Positions 15,036-24,778 of a DNA stretch of 34,780 nt are shown here, piece by piece. This DNA is from a virus, in the IMG/VR virus record IMGVR_UViG_3300045988_034891, positions 1 through 34,780 of that record; one strand, written 5' to 3'. Positions within the stretch are counted from its first letter, which is position 1. Each line of letters begins with the position of its first letter. The notes beneath the pieces are model-generated. The model was not told where the DNA came from, did not search any database, and was given only the letters and a program-made list of their open reading frames with translations. The position numbers and the translations under genes were made by a program.

Positions 15036-18008
15036 ATGGCAAGGAGCAAAATCGCCGGAATTACAATCGAAATCGGCGGAGATACTACGAAGTTAGATAA
15101 AGCCATGCAAGGGGCCAATGAAACCGTAAGAACTACACAAACGGAATTAAGGGAAGTAAACAAATTACTGAAATTAGATCCGAAAAATACGGAATTATTA
15201 GCGCAAAAACAGGAACTTCTATCAAAAGCGGTCGCCGGAACTTCTGAAAAACTGGATATTCTGAAAGAAGCTGAAAAACAGGTTCAGAAGCAGTTCGAGC
15301 GCGGCGAAGTATCAGAAGAACAATACCGGGCATTACAAAGAGAAATCATCAAGGTTTCGAATGATTTAGACGCGGCGGAAAAAGAAGCCAAAGAAACCGC
15401 ACAAGCACTGAAAGACGTCGGAAAGAAAGAAGAAGATATCGAGAAAGTATCGGAACGCGCCGACGAATTCAAAGACAAAATGAAAGCGGCCGGCGAAGCA
15501 GTAGAAACGGGAATGAAAGCAGCCGGAGCGGCAATGGTGGCAGCCGGAACGTATAGTTTAAAGTTTGAAAGTGAATACGATCAGGCATTAAACACGCTTA
15601 CAACATCAACAGGCGCGGCGGCAGACAAAATAGACGGACTGGATAAAGCGATGGCGGCCGTGTATGAAAACAATTACGGCGAAGATATTCAGGAAGTCGG
15701 CGAAGCTATGGGCGTAATTGTGCAGCAGACAGGCGAAATGGACCCGTCGAAATTACAAGAAATGACGGAAAGCGCGTTCACACTTCGGGACACCTTCGAT
15801 ATGGACGTCGGAGAATCCATGCGGGCAGTAAATCAGTTAATGACACAATTCGGCCTGTCTTCAGAAGAAGCATTCGATCTTGTAGCACAAGGCGCGCAAA
15901 ATGGGCTAAACAAAAACGATAACCTACTGGATTCGATAAATGAATACGGCCCCAAATTTGCACAAATGGGACTTTCAGCTTCAGATATGTTCAATATGTT
16001 CAAAAACGGAGCGGAAGCAGGCGTTTTTGATATCGACAAATTAGGCGACGCAGTAAACGAATTTTCTATCAGGGTAAAAGATGGAACGGCGGACAATGCT
16101 TTTAAAGAATTAGGAATGGACGTGGACGCAACAAAGAAAGCGTTCGGAGAAGGCGGCGAAGCGGCAAAAAAAGCAATGCAGGACACTTTCGAAGCACTGG
16201 GAAAAGTGTCTGATCCGCTTGAACAAAACACGATCGGCGTTGAGTTGTTCGGCACAATGTGGGAAGACACGGGCGGTCAAGCGATCTTGGCAATGGGAAA
16301 CATGGAAGGCGCGGCGTCAGATGCAGCCGGAACAATGGAAAAAATCAAAGAAATGAGATATGACGATCTGGCAAGTGAATTTCAAGGACTTGGAAGATCC
16401 ATACAAACAGAATTGATAAAACCATTGGGAGAAGAACTGGGACCGGTTGCGAAAGAAACAATCGACACGGTAAAAGATAATTTACCACAAGCAAAAGAAA
16501 TTTTAAAAGAAGTGCTTACGGATATAACAGAATTTATAAATTTCTTTGTAAGTCATGCAAATGTATTACTGCCGCTAATAGCGGGAATTGGCGCAGCACT
16601 TTTGACGTGGAATGTCGTTACTATGATACAAGGAATGGTGGCAGCTATAAAGGCGTGGACGGTGGCAACCGAAGGAGCGACACTGGCTCAAAAAATACTG
16701 AATTCAACAATCTTAGCAAATCCGGCGGCGTGGATCATAACGGCGATAGTCGGGGTTGTAACAGCATTAGTTTTACTGTGGAATAATTGCGAAGCATTCA
16801 GAGAAGCGGTAAAAGGAATCTTATCCGCTATCGCACAATTCTTCAAAGATGCATGGAACAAAATTCAGGAAGAGTGGGCGGACGCACAACCATATTTCGA
16901 AATGATAAAAGAAGGAATCAAAACCGCCTTTTCAGTAGTTGTGGAAATCCTGACAGCACCGTTTCGGATCGCTTGGTTTCTGATAACTTCGATCTGGGAC
17001 ATTGCAACTACATATTTCCAGAATGTGTGGATCGGAATTCGGACCGTTTTTTCGGTCGTCGGGCAGATAATCGGCGGATTTTTCGAATCTGCATGGATCA
17101 TTATAAAAGGCGTCTGGGACGTGGTGGTTCTGTATTTTCAAACAATCTGGTCGAATATACAGGCCGTCTTTTCGGTAGTTGCTACAGTTTTAGGCGGATT
17201 TTTTCAAGTTGCATGGACCACAATAACAACCATCTGGGACGTGGCGACGGGGTATTTTCAAATGATTTGGTCTGTGATACAGGGAATTTTTTCAGTTGTA
17301 CAGTCTGTACTTTCCGGCGACTTTTCAGGCGCATGGGAAGCGATAAAAGGCATCTGGTCGGCCGTGACAGGTTGGTTCGGTCAGGTATGGTTCGGGATTC
17401 AGAATATTTTCGGAAGTGTCGGAAGTTGGTTCGGATCAATCTTTCAGTCGGCATGGAACGCGGTTCAGAATGTCTTTTCAAACTGGGGATCGTTCTTTTC
17501 CGGCTTGTGGGGCATTATCCGAAACACGTTTTCGAATCTGGGAACGTCTATCGCGAACGCGATCGGCGGCGCGGTTAAGTCCGGGATCAATGGCGTAATA
17601 TCCATGATTCAAAATACGGTCAATTCCGCGATTAGAATTATCAATGGAGCAATTAACTTAATCAACCGTCTTCCGGGCGTATCAGTTGGGAATGTCGGAT
17701 ATTTAAGTCTGCCACGACTGGCGAAGGGTGGTATCTTAACCAACGGCCGCGCGATTGTGGCAGAAGCGGGACCGGAGATTGTTGAAATGGTAAATGGTAA
17801 AACAATCGTTACACCACTTTCAGGAACAGCAAAGAACACGGCACTTGAAAGAAACTTCGGCGGACAGAAAGGATCGCTAAAACAGGAAATCAACTTGAAT
17901 ATAGAAAAATTCTATAACAATAGAAAGCAGGATGTGCGCGAATTAACAGAAGAAGTCATGGAAATGGCGCAGGAATTAAAGGAAAGGGACGATAAAGTAT
18001 ATGCTTAA
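15036..18008 (+). CDS. Tape measure protein
   Basis: 990 aa with a coiled-coil N-terminus, hydrophobic segments and aromatic tandem repeats. Confidence 0.9.
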   Translation: MARSKIAGITIEIGGDTTKLDKAMQGANETVRTTQTELREVNKLLKLDPKNTELLAQKQELLSKAVAGTSEKLDILKEAEKQVQKQFERGEVSEEQYRALQREIIKVSNDLDAAEKEAKETAQALKDVGKKEEDIEKVSERADEFKDKMKAAGEAVETGMKAAGAAMVAAGTYSLKFESEYDQALNTLTTSTGAAADKIDGLDKAMAAVYENNYGEDIQEVGEAMGVIVQQTGEMDPSKLQEMTESAFTLRDTFDMDVGESMRAVNQLMTQFGLSSEEAFDLVAQGAQNGLNKNDNLLDSINEYGPKFAQMGLSASDMFNMFKNGAEAGVFDIDKLGDAVNEFSIRVKDGTADNAFKELGMDVDATKKAFGEGGEAAKKAMQDTFEALGKVSDPLEQNTIGVELFGTMWEDTGGQAILAMGNMEGAASDAAGTMEKIKEMRYDDLASEFQGLGRSIQTELIKPLGEELGPVAKETIDTVKDNLPQAKEILKEVLTDITEFINFFVSHANVLLPLIAGIGAALLTWNVVTMIQGMVAAIKAWTVATEGATLAQKILNSTILANPAAWIITAIVGVVTALVLLWNNCEAFREAVKGILSAIAQFFKDAWNKIQEEWADAQPYFEMIKEGIKTAFSVVVEILTAPFRIAWFLITSIWDIATTYFQNVWIGIRTVFSVVGQIIGGFFESAWIIIKGVWDVVVLYFQTIWSNIQAVFSVVATVLGGFFQVAWTTITTIWDVATGYFQMIWSVIQGIFSVVQSVLSGDFSGAWEAIKGIWSAVTGWFGQVWFGIQNIFGSVGSWFGSIFQSAWNAVQNVFSNWGSFFSGLWGIIRNTFSNLGTSIANAIGGAVKSGINGVISMIQNTVNSAIRIINGAINLINRLPGVSVGNVGYLSLPRLAKGGILTNGRAIVAEAGPEIVEMVNGKTIVTPLSGTAKNTALERNFGGQKGSLKQEINLNIEKFYNNRKQDVRELTEEVMEMAQELKERDDKVYA
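16839..17558 (+). repeat. About six tandem 120-nt (40-aa) W/F-rich repeats inside the tape measure gene
   Basis: Repeating units of the form FFxxAWxxIxxIWdxxxxYFQxIWxxIQxxFSVVxxxLGG. Confidence 0.6.
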
Positions 18009-18762
18009 CGAATTTTACGACGATATCAACAGTTTTACATACAACGGGCGGAATTCCCTTGATATGGGACTGGCAGTATACGAAAAAGAAAACATATACG
18101 GCCGTCCCAAACCTGTTATTGAAAAAGTAAACATTCCGGGACGCGGCGACGTGATCCTGAATAACAAAACAGATCCGATCGATAACGAAGAATACGAAGA
18201 TTTTCAGAAGGTGTATAAATGCTATGTTATGCCGGAAGAATATCAGGATCTTGAAATGGTCGCGCGGAATGTGTATGCGTGGTTATACCAGACCGTGCAA
18301 TATTCACGGCTTGACGACAGCTACGAGCGCAACTATTACAGAATGGCCCATGTATCGGAAGAAATGTCGGTGGAAGAAATCGCCACCGCACTTCTGGGGA
18401 CCTTGGAAATTCAGTTCACTTGCCACCCGTACAAATATTCGTACGACGGCGAAAGAACGCTAACACTCACAAAAGCGACAAGCATTTTCAATACAGAAGG
18501 CTTTACGGCCTATCCGTACATGAAGATCTATGCGACGGGTGCGGTTACGTTGTATATCAACGACCGCGCCCATACATTCAAGGAAATAGAAGACTATATC
18601 GAAGTAGACAGCGCGTTATTAAATGCGTACAAAGGGGACACGCTGCAAAATAACAAAATGACTACGACATTATTTCCGAAACTGGCAGCGGGCGAAAATA
18701 AAATCCGTTGGGCGGGCAATGTGAAGAGAATTGACATTGTGCCGCGTTGGTGCTGCCTGTGA
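18001..18762 (+). CDS. Distal tail protein (Dit)
   Basis: Positioned after the TMP. N-terminal FTYNGRNSLDMGL pattern typical of siphovirus tail family proteins. Confidence 0.78.
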   Translation: MLNEFYDDINSFTYNGRNSLDMGLAVYEKENIYGRPKPVIEKVNIPGRGDVILNNKTDPIDNEEYEDFQKVYKCYVMPEEYQDLEMVARNVYAWLYQTVQYSRLDDSYERNYYRMAHVSEEMSVEEIATALLGTLEIQFTCHPYKYSYDGERTLTLTKATSIFNTEGFTAYPYMKIYATGAVTLYINDRAHTFKEIEDYIEVDSALLNAYKGDTLQNNKMTTTLFPKLAAGENKIRWAGNVKRIDIVPRWCCL

Positions 18763-21725
18763 TACCGATTTTATACGATCCCCTTGAAACACAGTTTGAT
18801 TCAAACGGAATCGGACTTTTGACGGACACAATTTCTTGTATTGTAGAGGAAGAAAGAAACGGATCTTTTGAACTGACTTTACAATATCCGCAAGAAGGGC
18901 ATCTGGCCGATTACATCGTGGAAGATGCAATCATAAAGGCAAAACCAAACGACAAAGACGGCGATCAGCTATTCAGGATCTATAAATCAGGAAAGCCGAT
19001 CGGTGGCGTGAACACCTACTACGCCGAACACATCAGTTACGAATTGAACATGAATCCGGTATGCCGTCCGAAAATATCCGGGAAGAACGCACAAGAAGCG
19101 ATCGCGCAGCTATTAGAAGAAGCTGTGATCGGAAACAACTATACGGCGTGGTCGGATATCACGACCAGAAACAGCACTCAGATAGACGACGTGTTAAGCG
19201 TTAGAAACATTCTGGGCGGTACAGAAGGATCAATCCTTGACGTCTGGGGCGGGGAAATTCAATTCGATAACTTTACAGTAAAGCTGCATAAATCCCGCGG
19301 ATCAGATACCGGGGCAACGATACGGTACGGAAAGAACCTGATTTCGGCAGAACAGGAAAGAAACATCGGCGACGTGATAACGGCGATATTTCCATATTGT
19401 TATTACACACCGGAAAAGGAAGAAGGAGCGACGGAAGAACCAGATCCGGTTTTCGTTTCACTTCCTGAAAAGTTTATCAACACACCAAACGCGGACAAAT
19501 ACGCCCGCCTAAAGTGTGTGCCAATGGATTTTTCAGACGAATTCGAAGACGGCGTGATCGTATCGGAAGAAATGCTTCGCAAGGTTGCAAAAACCTATAC
19601 AGAAAGCGGAATCGACGAACCGAAAATATCGATCAAAGCAACATTCCAAAATCTGAAAAAGACAAAGGACTATGAAAATATACAGGCACTTGAAACGATC
19701 GGAATTTGTGACACTGTAACGGTCATGATCGAAAAACTGGGAATCGAAGTCAAAGCAAAGATCGTTAAATACTCATACGACAGCATCAAAGAGCGATTCG
19801 ACAGTGTAGAGATCGGAGAACCGAAAACAAACCTGACAAAGGCGATCACGGCAGCACAGAAGGAACAGAAAGAACAGATCGTAAAATCCGCCACCCGTGC
19901 GGAAATCATACAGAAACGTATTGAACAGACCATAAAGGACGTGACAGCAGCGATCACGGGCAATTCTGGTGGCCATGTGCTTTTATACCCGGCAGAGAAT
20001 CCACAGGAAATCTATATCATGGATACAGATTCAACAGCAACGGCGAAAAACGTCTGGCGGTGGAATCTGGCAGGACTGGGACATTCAAGTAACGGAATCG
20101 GCGGACCGTATGAAACGGCGATCACGGCAGCAGGTCAGATTGTAGCGGATTTTATCGCAGTTGGAAAACTAAACGGCGCACTGATCGAAGCCGGGACCAT
20201 TAACGCGGAATCCCTGTCGGTAGAGTACAAACAGAGCGTAAAAAAGTACGCAGACGACGGCGACGCGAAACTGTTATCGGAAATGAAGTCGCGATTCGAA
20301 GTAACAGGCGAATCAATCACGGCGGAAGTGGAAAGAGCGCAGGCGGCAGAAAAGACCATATCGGACGATCTGGAACTGGCAAAGCAGGACGCGGAAGATT
20401 TCAAAGAAAATGTCGAAGGAGCATTCCGGGACGGCATAATCACGGAAACAGAAGCACAGACGATCGAAAGATATATCAAAGAACTGGAAAAAGACAATGC
20501 TTCAATCCAAAAGCAATACAACGCGGTTCTGGATTCAGCTTCGAGACAGTCAACAACAACAGGAAGTAATTTTTCGATTAAATTCAATGCAGATTGCAAG
20601 ACGGAAATATCATCAGGCGGAGCGAAATACGATTATCTATATTTATTCTACCAGAAGGACGGGAAGATCTATAAGGCACTAGACAAAGTAAGCGGCGCAG
20701 ATATCGCCGGGAATACCTACATTGTACCGTCAACCGATATCTATATTCAATGGTATTCGGATGGTTCAGGTAATAAAGACTACGGATTTTCAATCGACGA
20801 AATCAAACAGGTGTCAACGGCAGCCAATACGACCGGAACAGAAAGCACACTTCCGACTTACGAAGTGATCGAAGCTGCCACCGTGTCAATGATCCAGACG
20901 TCGCACCCATACGAAAATAATATGCGTAAGTTGTGGCATTACAAAAAGCGGACGGCCACACGGTCAACACTTATAAGAAAGAAAAACGTCTACACGAACG
21001 CATACAACGCGTTGATAACCGCGATCAACAACGCAATTTCGGACAAAAAGATCACGGCGACAGAGAAAGCAAATGTCAATACGAAATTCGATGCATATAA
21101 CGCAGCACTGGCGGATTTGAAAGAGACAATCGAAGCGGTAGGCGTGGACGTGGCAGCAGTCGCGGCGGCAGCAGTCGCAGAGTACGCAAGGGCAGCGATC
21201 AAAGTAGAAGCAGACAAGATCGAACTTCGGGTAACATCGGCGCAGGCGGAATCCCTGATCGAGCAAAAGGCGAATTATATCAGACTGAAAGCGTCAAAGA
21301 TTGCATGGTCGGCAACCTATTCTTCTATGAGTGAATCCGGCATTTTAAAATGCACGTCCGCAGAATTAAAAGGATCTATGAAATGTGGGTATGATTCAGG
21401 GTACTGGGTAGAACTTGCAGGAAGCGGAAGACTGACTGGTGGTTATGGACCAACACAATACGGATATATTGACTATTCGGCAAGTACCACGGACGTAAAC
21501 ACCGGGACAAGATACAACGGACTACAAGTACAAGGCGGATGCATGAGAATTTCAGTCAATCAGTTAGCGACAAGAAAAACAAGCAACACCGGCACAGTTG
21601 CATATATCGGAGCAACAGGCAAATTCGAATATATAAGCAAAATTCGGGACAACGGCGATGGGACGATCACATGGTGGAATTCAACTGTTAGTTTTGAAAA
21701 TGGGCTTATGGTTTCGTCACTGTAA
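18747..21725 (+). CDS. Tail-associated lysin / minor structural protein (Tal). The likely start is the GTG at 18759, which overlaps the Dit stop (GTGA).
   Basis: N-terminal IPILYDPLETQFDSNGIGLLTD...EERNGSFELTLQYP is typical of the prophage tail endopeptidase N-terminal region. 992 aa. Confidence 0.8.
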   Translation: MVLPVIPILYDPLETQFDSNGIGLLTDTISCIVEEERNGSFELTLQYPQEGHLADYIVEDAIIKAKPNDKDGDQLFRIYKSGKPIGGVNTYYAEHISYELNMNPVCRPKISGKNAQEAIAQLLEEAVIGNNYTAWSDITTRNSTQIDDVLSVRNILGGTEGSILDVWGGEIQFDNFTVKLHKSRGSDTGATIRYGKNLISAEQERNIGDVITAIFPYCYYTPEKEEGATEEPDPVFVSLPEKFINTPNADKYARLKCVPMDFSDEFEDGVIVSEEMLRKVAKTYTESGIDEPKISIKATFQNLKKTKDYENIQALETIGICDTVTVMIEKLGIEVKAKIVKYSYDSIKERFDSVEIGEPKTNLTKAITAAQKEQKEQIVKSATRAEIIQKRIEQTIKDVTAAITGNSGGHVLLYPAENPQEIYIMDTDSTATAKNVWRWNLAGLGHSSNGIGGPYETAITAAGQIVADFIAVGKLNGALIEAGTINAESLSVEYKQSVKKYADDGDAKLLSEMKSRFEVTGESITAEVERAQAAEKTISDDLELAKQDAEDFKENVEGAFRDGIITETEAQTIERYIKELEKDNASIQKQYNAVLDSASRQSTTTGSNFSIKFNADCKTEISSGGAKYDYLYLFYQKDGKIYKALDKVSGADIAGNTYIVPSTDIYIQWYSDGSGNKDYGFSIDEIKQVSTAANTTGTESTLPTYEVIEAATVSMIQTSHPYENNMRKLWHYKKRTATRSTLIRKKNVYTNAYNALITAINNAISDKKITATEKANVNTKFDAYNAALADLKETIEAVGVDVAAVAAAAVAEYARAAIKVEADKIELRVTSAQAESLIEQKANYIRLKASKIAWSATYSSMSESGILKCTSAELKGSMKCGYDSGYWVELAGSGRLTGGYGPTQYGYIDYSASTTDVNTGTRYNGLQVQGGCMRISVNQLATRKTSNTGTVAYIGATGKFEYISKIRDNGDGTITWWNSTVSFENGLMVSSL

Positions 21726-21735
21726 AGGAGAAAAA

Positions 21736-21990
21736 ATGGAACTGGGAGAAACATTACAGATTTTAGAAGGAATTATCTACGAAAAGGCAAAAAGAGAATT
21801 GGAAGCGGCGGAAACGCCACTATCACTTCAAACGGTCGTCATGGACGCGGTAGCGGCAAAATTCAAAGAAGAAGCATATGAAAATTTGAGAATCCGCACG
21901 ATGCAGAAAGAAACACAGACAGAAGCGCACACCGGAACACCGGAAGAACTTCTGAAAGAATTAAATGAGGGAGAGGGGGCGAAGGAATAG
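21736..21990 (+). CDS. Hypothetical protein
   Basis: AAAGGAG SD before the ATG at 21736. Confidence 0.5.
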   Translation: MELGETLQILEGIIYEKAKRELEAAETPLSLQTVVMDAVAAKFKEEAYENLRIRTMQKETQTEAHTGTPEELLKELNEGEGAKE

Positions 21991-22229
21991 TGAAAGGCTA
22001 CGCAGCGGAAATAAACGGCGACGCAATCTTCCTGACGAAAGACGCGCAACTTGACACGGCGTTAAAAAACGGTTGTAACATTGTCAGGATCGAAGATGAC
22101 GACGGGCAAACAATAATTGCCACACCGGAAAACGGTTTTCTGGAAGACCGTCCGACATTGGAAGAAACAGGAACAATGACCAACCCATACGCGGAAGCGC
22201 TAGCAATGCTAGAGAAAGGGGAAAACTAA
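21990..22229 (+). CDS. Hypothetical protein
   Basis: GTG start overlapping the previous TAG, and a stop overlapping the next ATG (TAATG). Confidence 0.5.
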   Translation: MKGYAAEINGDAIFLTKDAQLDTALKNGCNIVRIEDDDGQTIIATPENGFLEDRPTLEETGTMTNPYAEALAMLEKGEN

Positions 22230-23131
22230 TGGCAGATATCACAATCACACAAAAGATCACGATCGAACTTGACGGGAAAAGCCCTTTTGAATATGTCGTG
22301 ATGAAACAGGGTGACAAGGGTTCACGAATTCTGGCCGTCTCATTATTACAAAACAAACAACCGTATGAAATCCCGACGGGTTGCACCGCGCGGATTAAAT
22401 ACTACAAGCCGGACGGAAACCCGGTATTGAATGACTGCACCCTGTCAGGGAATGAAATTCTTGTAACATATACGGAACAGATGCTAGCGGCTGCAGGCGT
22501 CGGAAAAGGCGAAATCGTTCTGTTAAAAGGCGGAAAGGAATTGAAGTCAGCAACCTACTACACGAAAATCGTGGAAACAGTATATAAAACCGAAGGACTG
22601 ACAAGTGATAAAGAATTTCTTTCTGTAGCAACCGTATTAAACGACATGGATCAGGCAGCGCAGAAGGCAACCGCCGAAGCGAAGATCGCGGAAGCGGCGG
22701 CAGCGACGGCGACAGAAAAGGCGCAGGCAGCAGACACGGCAGAAAGAAAGGCAACCACGGCAGCAGGAGCAGCGGACAAAGCGAAAGCGAATGCAGACGC
22801 GGCAACGAAGGCAGCAAACGAAGCGAAGACCAATGCAGAGAAAGCCACGGAAGCAACAAAAGCAGCGATCAAGAATGCAGAAGAAGCAGCAGAAACGGCG
22901 AACGTGTCGGCATCTGGGGCAGACATTGCAAAGACCAACGCAGAGAAAGCCACACAGTCGGCAAATACGGCAGCAGGCGACGCACAGAAGGCAACCACGG
23001 CAGCAAAAGCAGCAGCGGCAGCATGCGAAGGAATCGCGGCGGGAATCAACACGATCGCAGATACAACAACTGGGAAAACCTACACGATCGGAGTAGACGC
23101 CGGACGAATCTATTTAGAAGCGAGGGACTAA
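22229..23131 (+). CDS. BppU-N-like baseplate/fibre protein with a long Ala/Thr/Lys-rich coiled-coil
   Basis: The N-terminal ~120 aa resemble the Ig-like baseplate upper protein domain. The central ~170 aa are low-complexity (AEKAT-type repeats). Confidence 0.6.
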   Translation: MADITITQKITIELDGKSPFEYVVMKQGDKGSRILAVSLLQNKQPYEIPTGCTARIKYYKPDGNPVLNDCTLSGNEILVTYTEQMLAAAGVGKGEIVLLKGGKELKSATYYTKIVETVYKTEGLTSDKEFLSVATVLNDMDQAAQKATAEAKIAEAAAATATEKAQAADTAERKATTAAGAADKAKANADAATKAANEAKTNAEKATEATKAAIKNAEEAAETANVSASGADIAKTNAEKATQSANTAAGDAQKATTAAKAAAAACEGIAAGINTIADTTTGKTYTIGVDAGRIYLEARD

Positions 23132-23134
23132 AAC

Positions 23135-24421
23135 ATGGGAGAAAGAATCTATTTTGCAGACAAAGAAACACTGGATAAAACACACGCCAACACGGAAGCG
23201 ATTCTGGCAGCAGTAGAAGGCGACGACGGAAAACATAAAAATCATATCCGGTTAGGAATCAAGATTGACAAGAACAACAGCAACCCGAAAACCCGTGTCG
23301 AATACATTTACGACGCCGTGGGAATGACACCGGCCGCAATGGACTATTCAAACGGCGTTTTCAACTACGGATCATGGGAAAACGAATATTTCGCAGCCAA
23401 AGACAAAAATTACGCTTGCATGGTCAAATTTGACGGTACAGAAGATTATAAACTGAACCCGAACGATTATTCAAAGAAAACAGACGGAACAGAATCAGAC
23501 GTCGCGAATGTCGCATACGGCGGAAACGCAATGGCGGCATTTGTCGGCGGTTGGCTCTGCCAGTACGAAACAAAGACACACGAATATATCATCTGGTCCG
23601 ATGTTCAGTACGACGACGGTTATAATTGCAATCACAGAAAGGATCAGACAGGGGCGATTCGTCCGGGATTCTACAGAAGAATCTACGCGCCGACTTTATA
23701 CAACAATGTCGCCCGTTCAATCTCCGGTCAGCTTTCCATGATGGGCAAAAATGCCACACAGGAAAGAAACTACATCAAAGCAAACGGAAGCGAATGGGAG
23801 CATACATCGTGGAACGAATACAACTACATTATCTGTCTGTTAAAGATCATGGCAAAAACGGACGATCTAAAAACCGCATACGGAAACGGCAATATGAACG
23901 GATATGTCAATGATTCAGCGCAACATTACGGCGTACTACAGGCCGGCACACTGGACGACAAGGGACAGTTCTTCGGATATAACGCAAATAACAAACAGGT
24001 AAAAGTATTTCACACAGAAGCACCGTGGGGCGATCAGTGGGAAAGAATCATCGGTCTGATTTGCGACCACGGAAAAGCAAAGATCAGCGCATACGGACCG
24101 TATAATTTCACGGGCGAAGGCTACACGGAAATATACGACTATGCGGAGAAAAACGGAATCACAGCAGCAACGGGCGGATGGGCGAAGGATTCTATTTCGA
24201 CAGAACTTGGACGACTGCCGATCACATGGTCCGGGGCTTCGAACACATACTTGACTGCATATTTTTATATCGACCCGACGATTGTTGCGGTGGCGATCGT
24301 TGGAGGCTACGCGGACTACGGTGCGGCATGCGGCTTTTACGTGAATCTGGCCGATTCCGTTTCGTATGCGTACTGGTACATCGCGCCGGGCCTTTCTTGC
24401 AAAATGCCTTTAGCGGCATAG
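23135..24421 (+). CDS. DGR target protein: tail fibre/receptor-binding-like protein with a C-terminal variable region
   Basis: 428 aa. The last ~45 aa (GGYADYGAACGFYVNLADSVSYAYWYIAPGLS...) are encoded by the VR and resemble C-type-lectin-fold DGR variable regions. Confidence 0.85.
   Translation: MGERIYFADKETLDKTHANTEAILAAVEGDDGKHKNHIRLGIKIDKNNSNPKTRVEYIYDAVGMTPAAMDYSNGVFNYGSWENEYFAAKDKNYACMVKFDGTEDYKLNPNDYSKKTDGTESDVANVAYGGNAMAAFVGGWLCQYETKTHEYIIWSDVQYDDGYNCNHRKDQTGAIRPGFYRRIYAPTLYNNVARSISGQLSMMGKNATQERNYIKANGSEWEHTSWNEYNYIICLLKIMAKTDDLKTAYGNGNMNGYVNDSAQHYGVLQAGTLDDKGQFFGYNANNKQVKVFHTEAPWGDQWERIIGLICDHGKAKISAYGPYNFTGEGYTEIYDYAEKNGITAATGGWAKDSISTELGRLPITWSGASNTYLTAYFYIDPTIVAVAIVGGYADYGAACGFYVNLADSVSYAYWYIAPGLSCKMPLAA
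24287..24398 (+). repeat. DGR variable repeat (VR)
   Basis: 112 nt, 100/112 identical to the TR. All 12 differences lie at TR adenines. Ends 23 nt before the stop codon. Confidence 0.92.
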
Positions 24422-24434
24422 CCGCAAGGGGGAT

Positions 24435-24452
24435 CGGGGGATTTCTCCCCCG
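24435..24452 (+). promoter_or_regulatory. GC-rich hairpin downstream of the VR (CGGGGGA-TTTC-TCCCCCG)
   Basis: 7-bp stem with a 4-nt loop, 36 nt after the VR. This is analogous in position to the hairpin/cruciform that enhances homing in the Bordetella phage DGR. Confidence 0.5.
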
Positions 24453-24458
24453 CATAGC

Positions 24459-24487
24459 TTAAAGGAACAAACAAAAGTAAATATATA
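24459..24487 (+). promoter_or_regulatory. Candidate promoter for the TR-RT transcript (TTAAAG, 17 nt, TATATA)
   Basis: Hexamers with 17-nt spacing, 17 nt upstream of the TR. Confidence 0.3.
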
Positions 24488-24503
24488 AGGGGATAACTTG
24501 CGC

Positions 24504-24615
24504 GCGGTGGCGATCGTTGGAGGCAACGCGAACAACGGTGCGAAATGCGGCTTTTACGTGAATCTGAACAATTCCGTTTCGAATGCGAACTGGAACATCG
24601 CGCCGGGCATTTCTT
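24504..24615 (+). repeat. DGR template repeat (TR)
   Basis: Non-coding copy of the VR, rich in AAC/AAT codon-phase triplets. It has 26 adenines, 12 of which are substituted in the VR. Confidence 0.92.
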
Positions 24616-24778
24616 ATTAAATCATGGGACATTAACCAAATGCGCGAGTTATTCCTACACCACAGCAGATTGAAATATCTGTAAAGTGAAAATAGAACCG
24701 ATAAAGGCGCGGACTGGTAAACACCGGGAATCCGGTAGTTGTATAGCGTGTTGAAGGCCCGCGAGGTAATAAGAAAGA
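24616..24778 (+). ncRNA. TR-RT spacer, probably the structured 3' part of the DGR template RNA
   Basis: 163-nt non-coding region with nested stems, e.g. CGCGG (24697-24701) with CCGCG (24759-24763), and ACCGG-GAAT-CCGGT (24722-24735). Confidence 0.35.

Noticed and set aside
16787-17578. 263-aa alternative-frame + strand ORF, and several minus-strand ORFs, inside the tape measure gene
   Set aside because: They have an Arg/Ser-rich nonsense composition and are fully nested in a well-supported 990-aa gene. The stop-poor frames result from the repeat composition.
22640-23040. Repetitive GCA/GCG/AAG-rich DNA, considered as a second variable or repeat element
   Set aside because: It has no matching template copy elsewhere and no adenine-specific pattern. 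It simply encodes an Ala/Lys/Thr coiled-coil.
22651-23052. Ala-rich 133-aa minus-strand ORF, and other alternative-frame ORFs (22395..22859, 22791..23096), inside the fibre gene
   Set aside because: These are frame shadows of the GCN/AAR-rich low-complexity coiled-coil region of 22229..23131.
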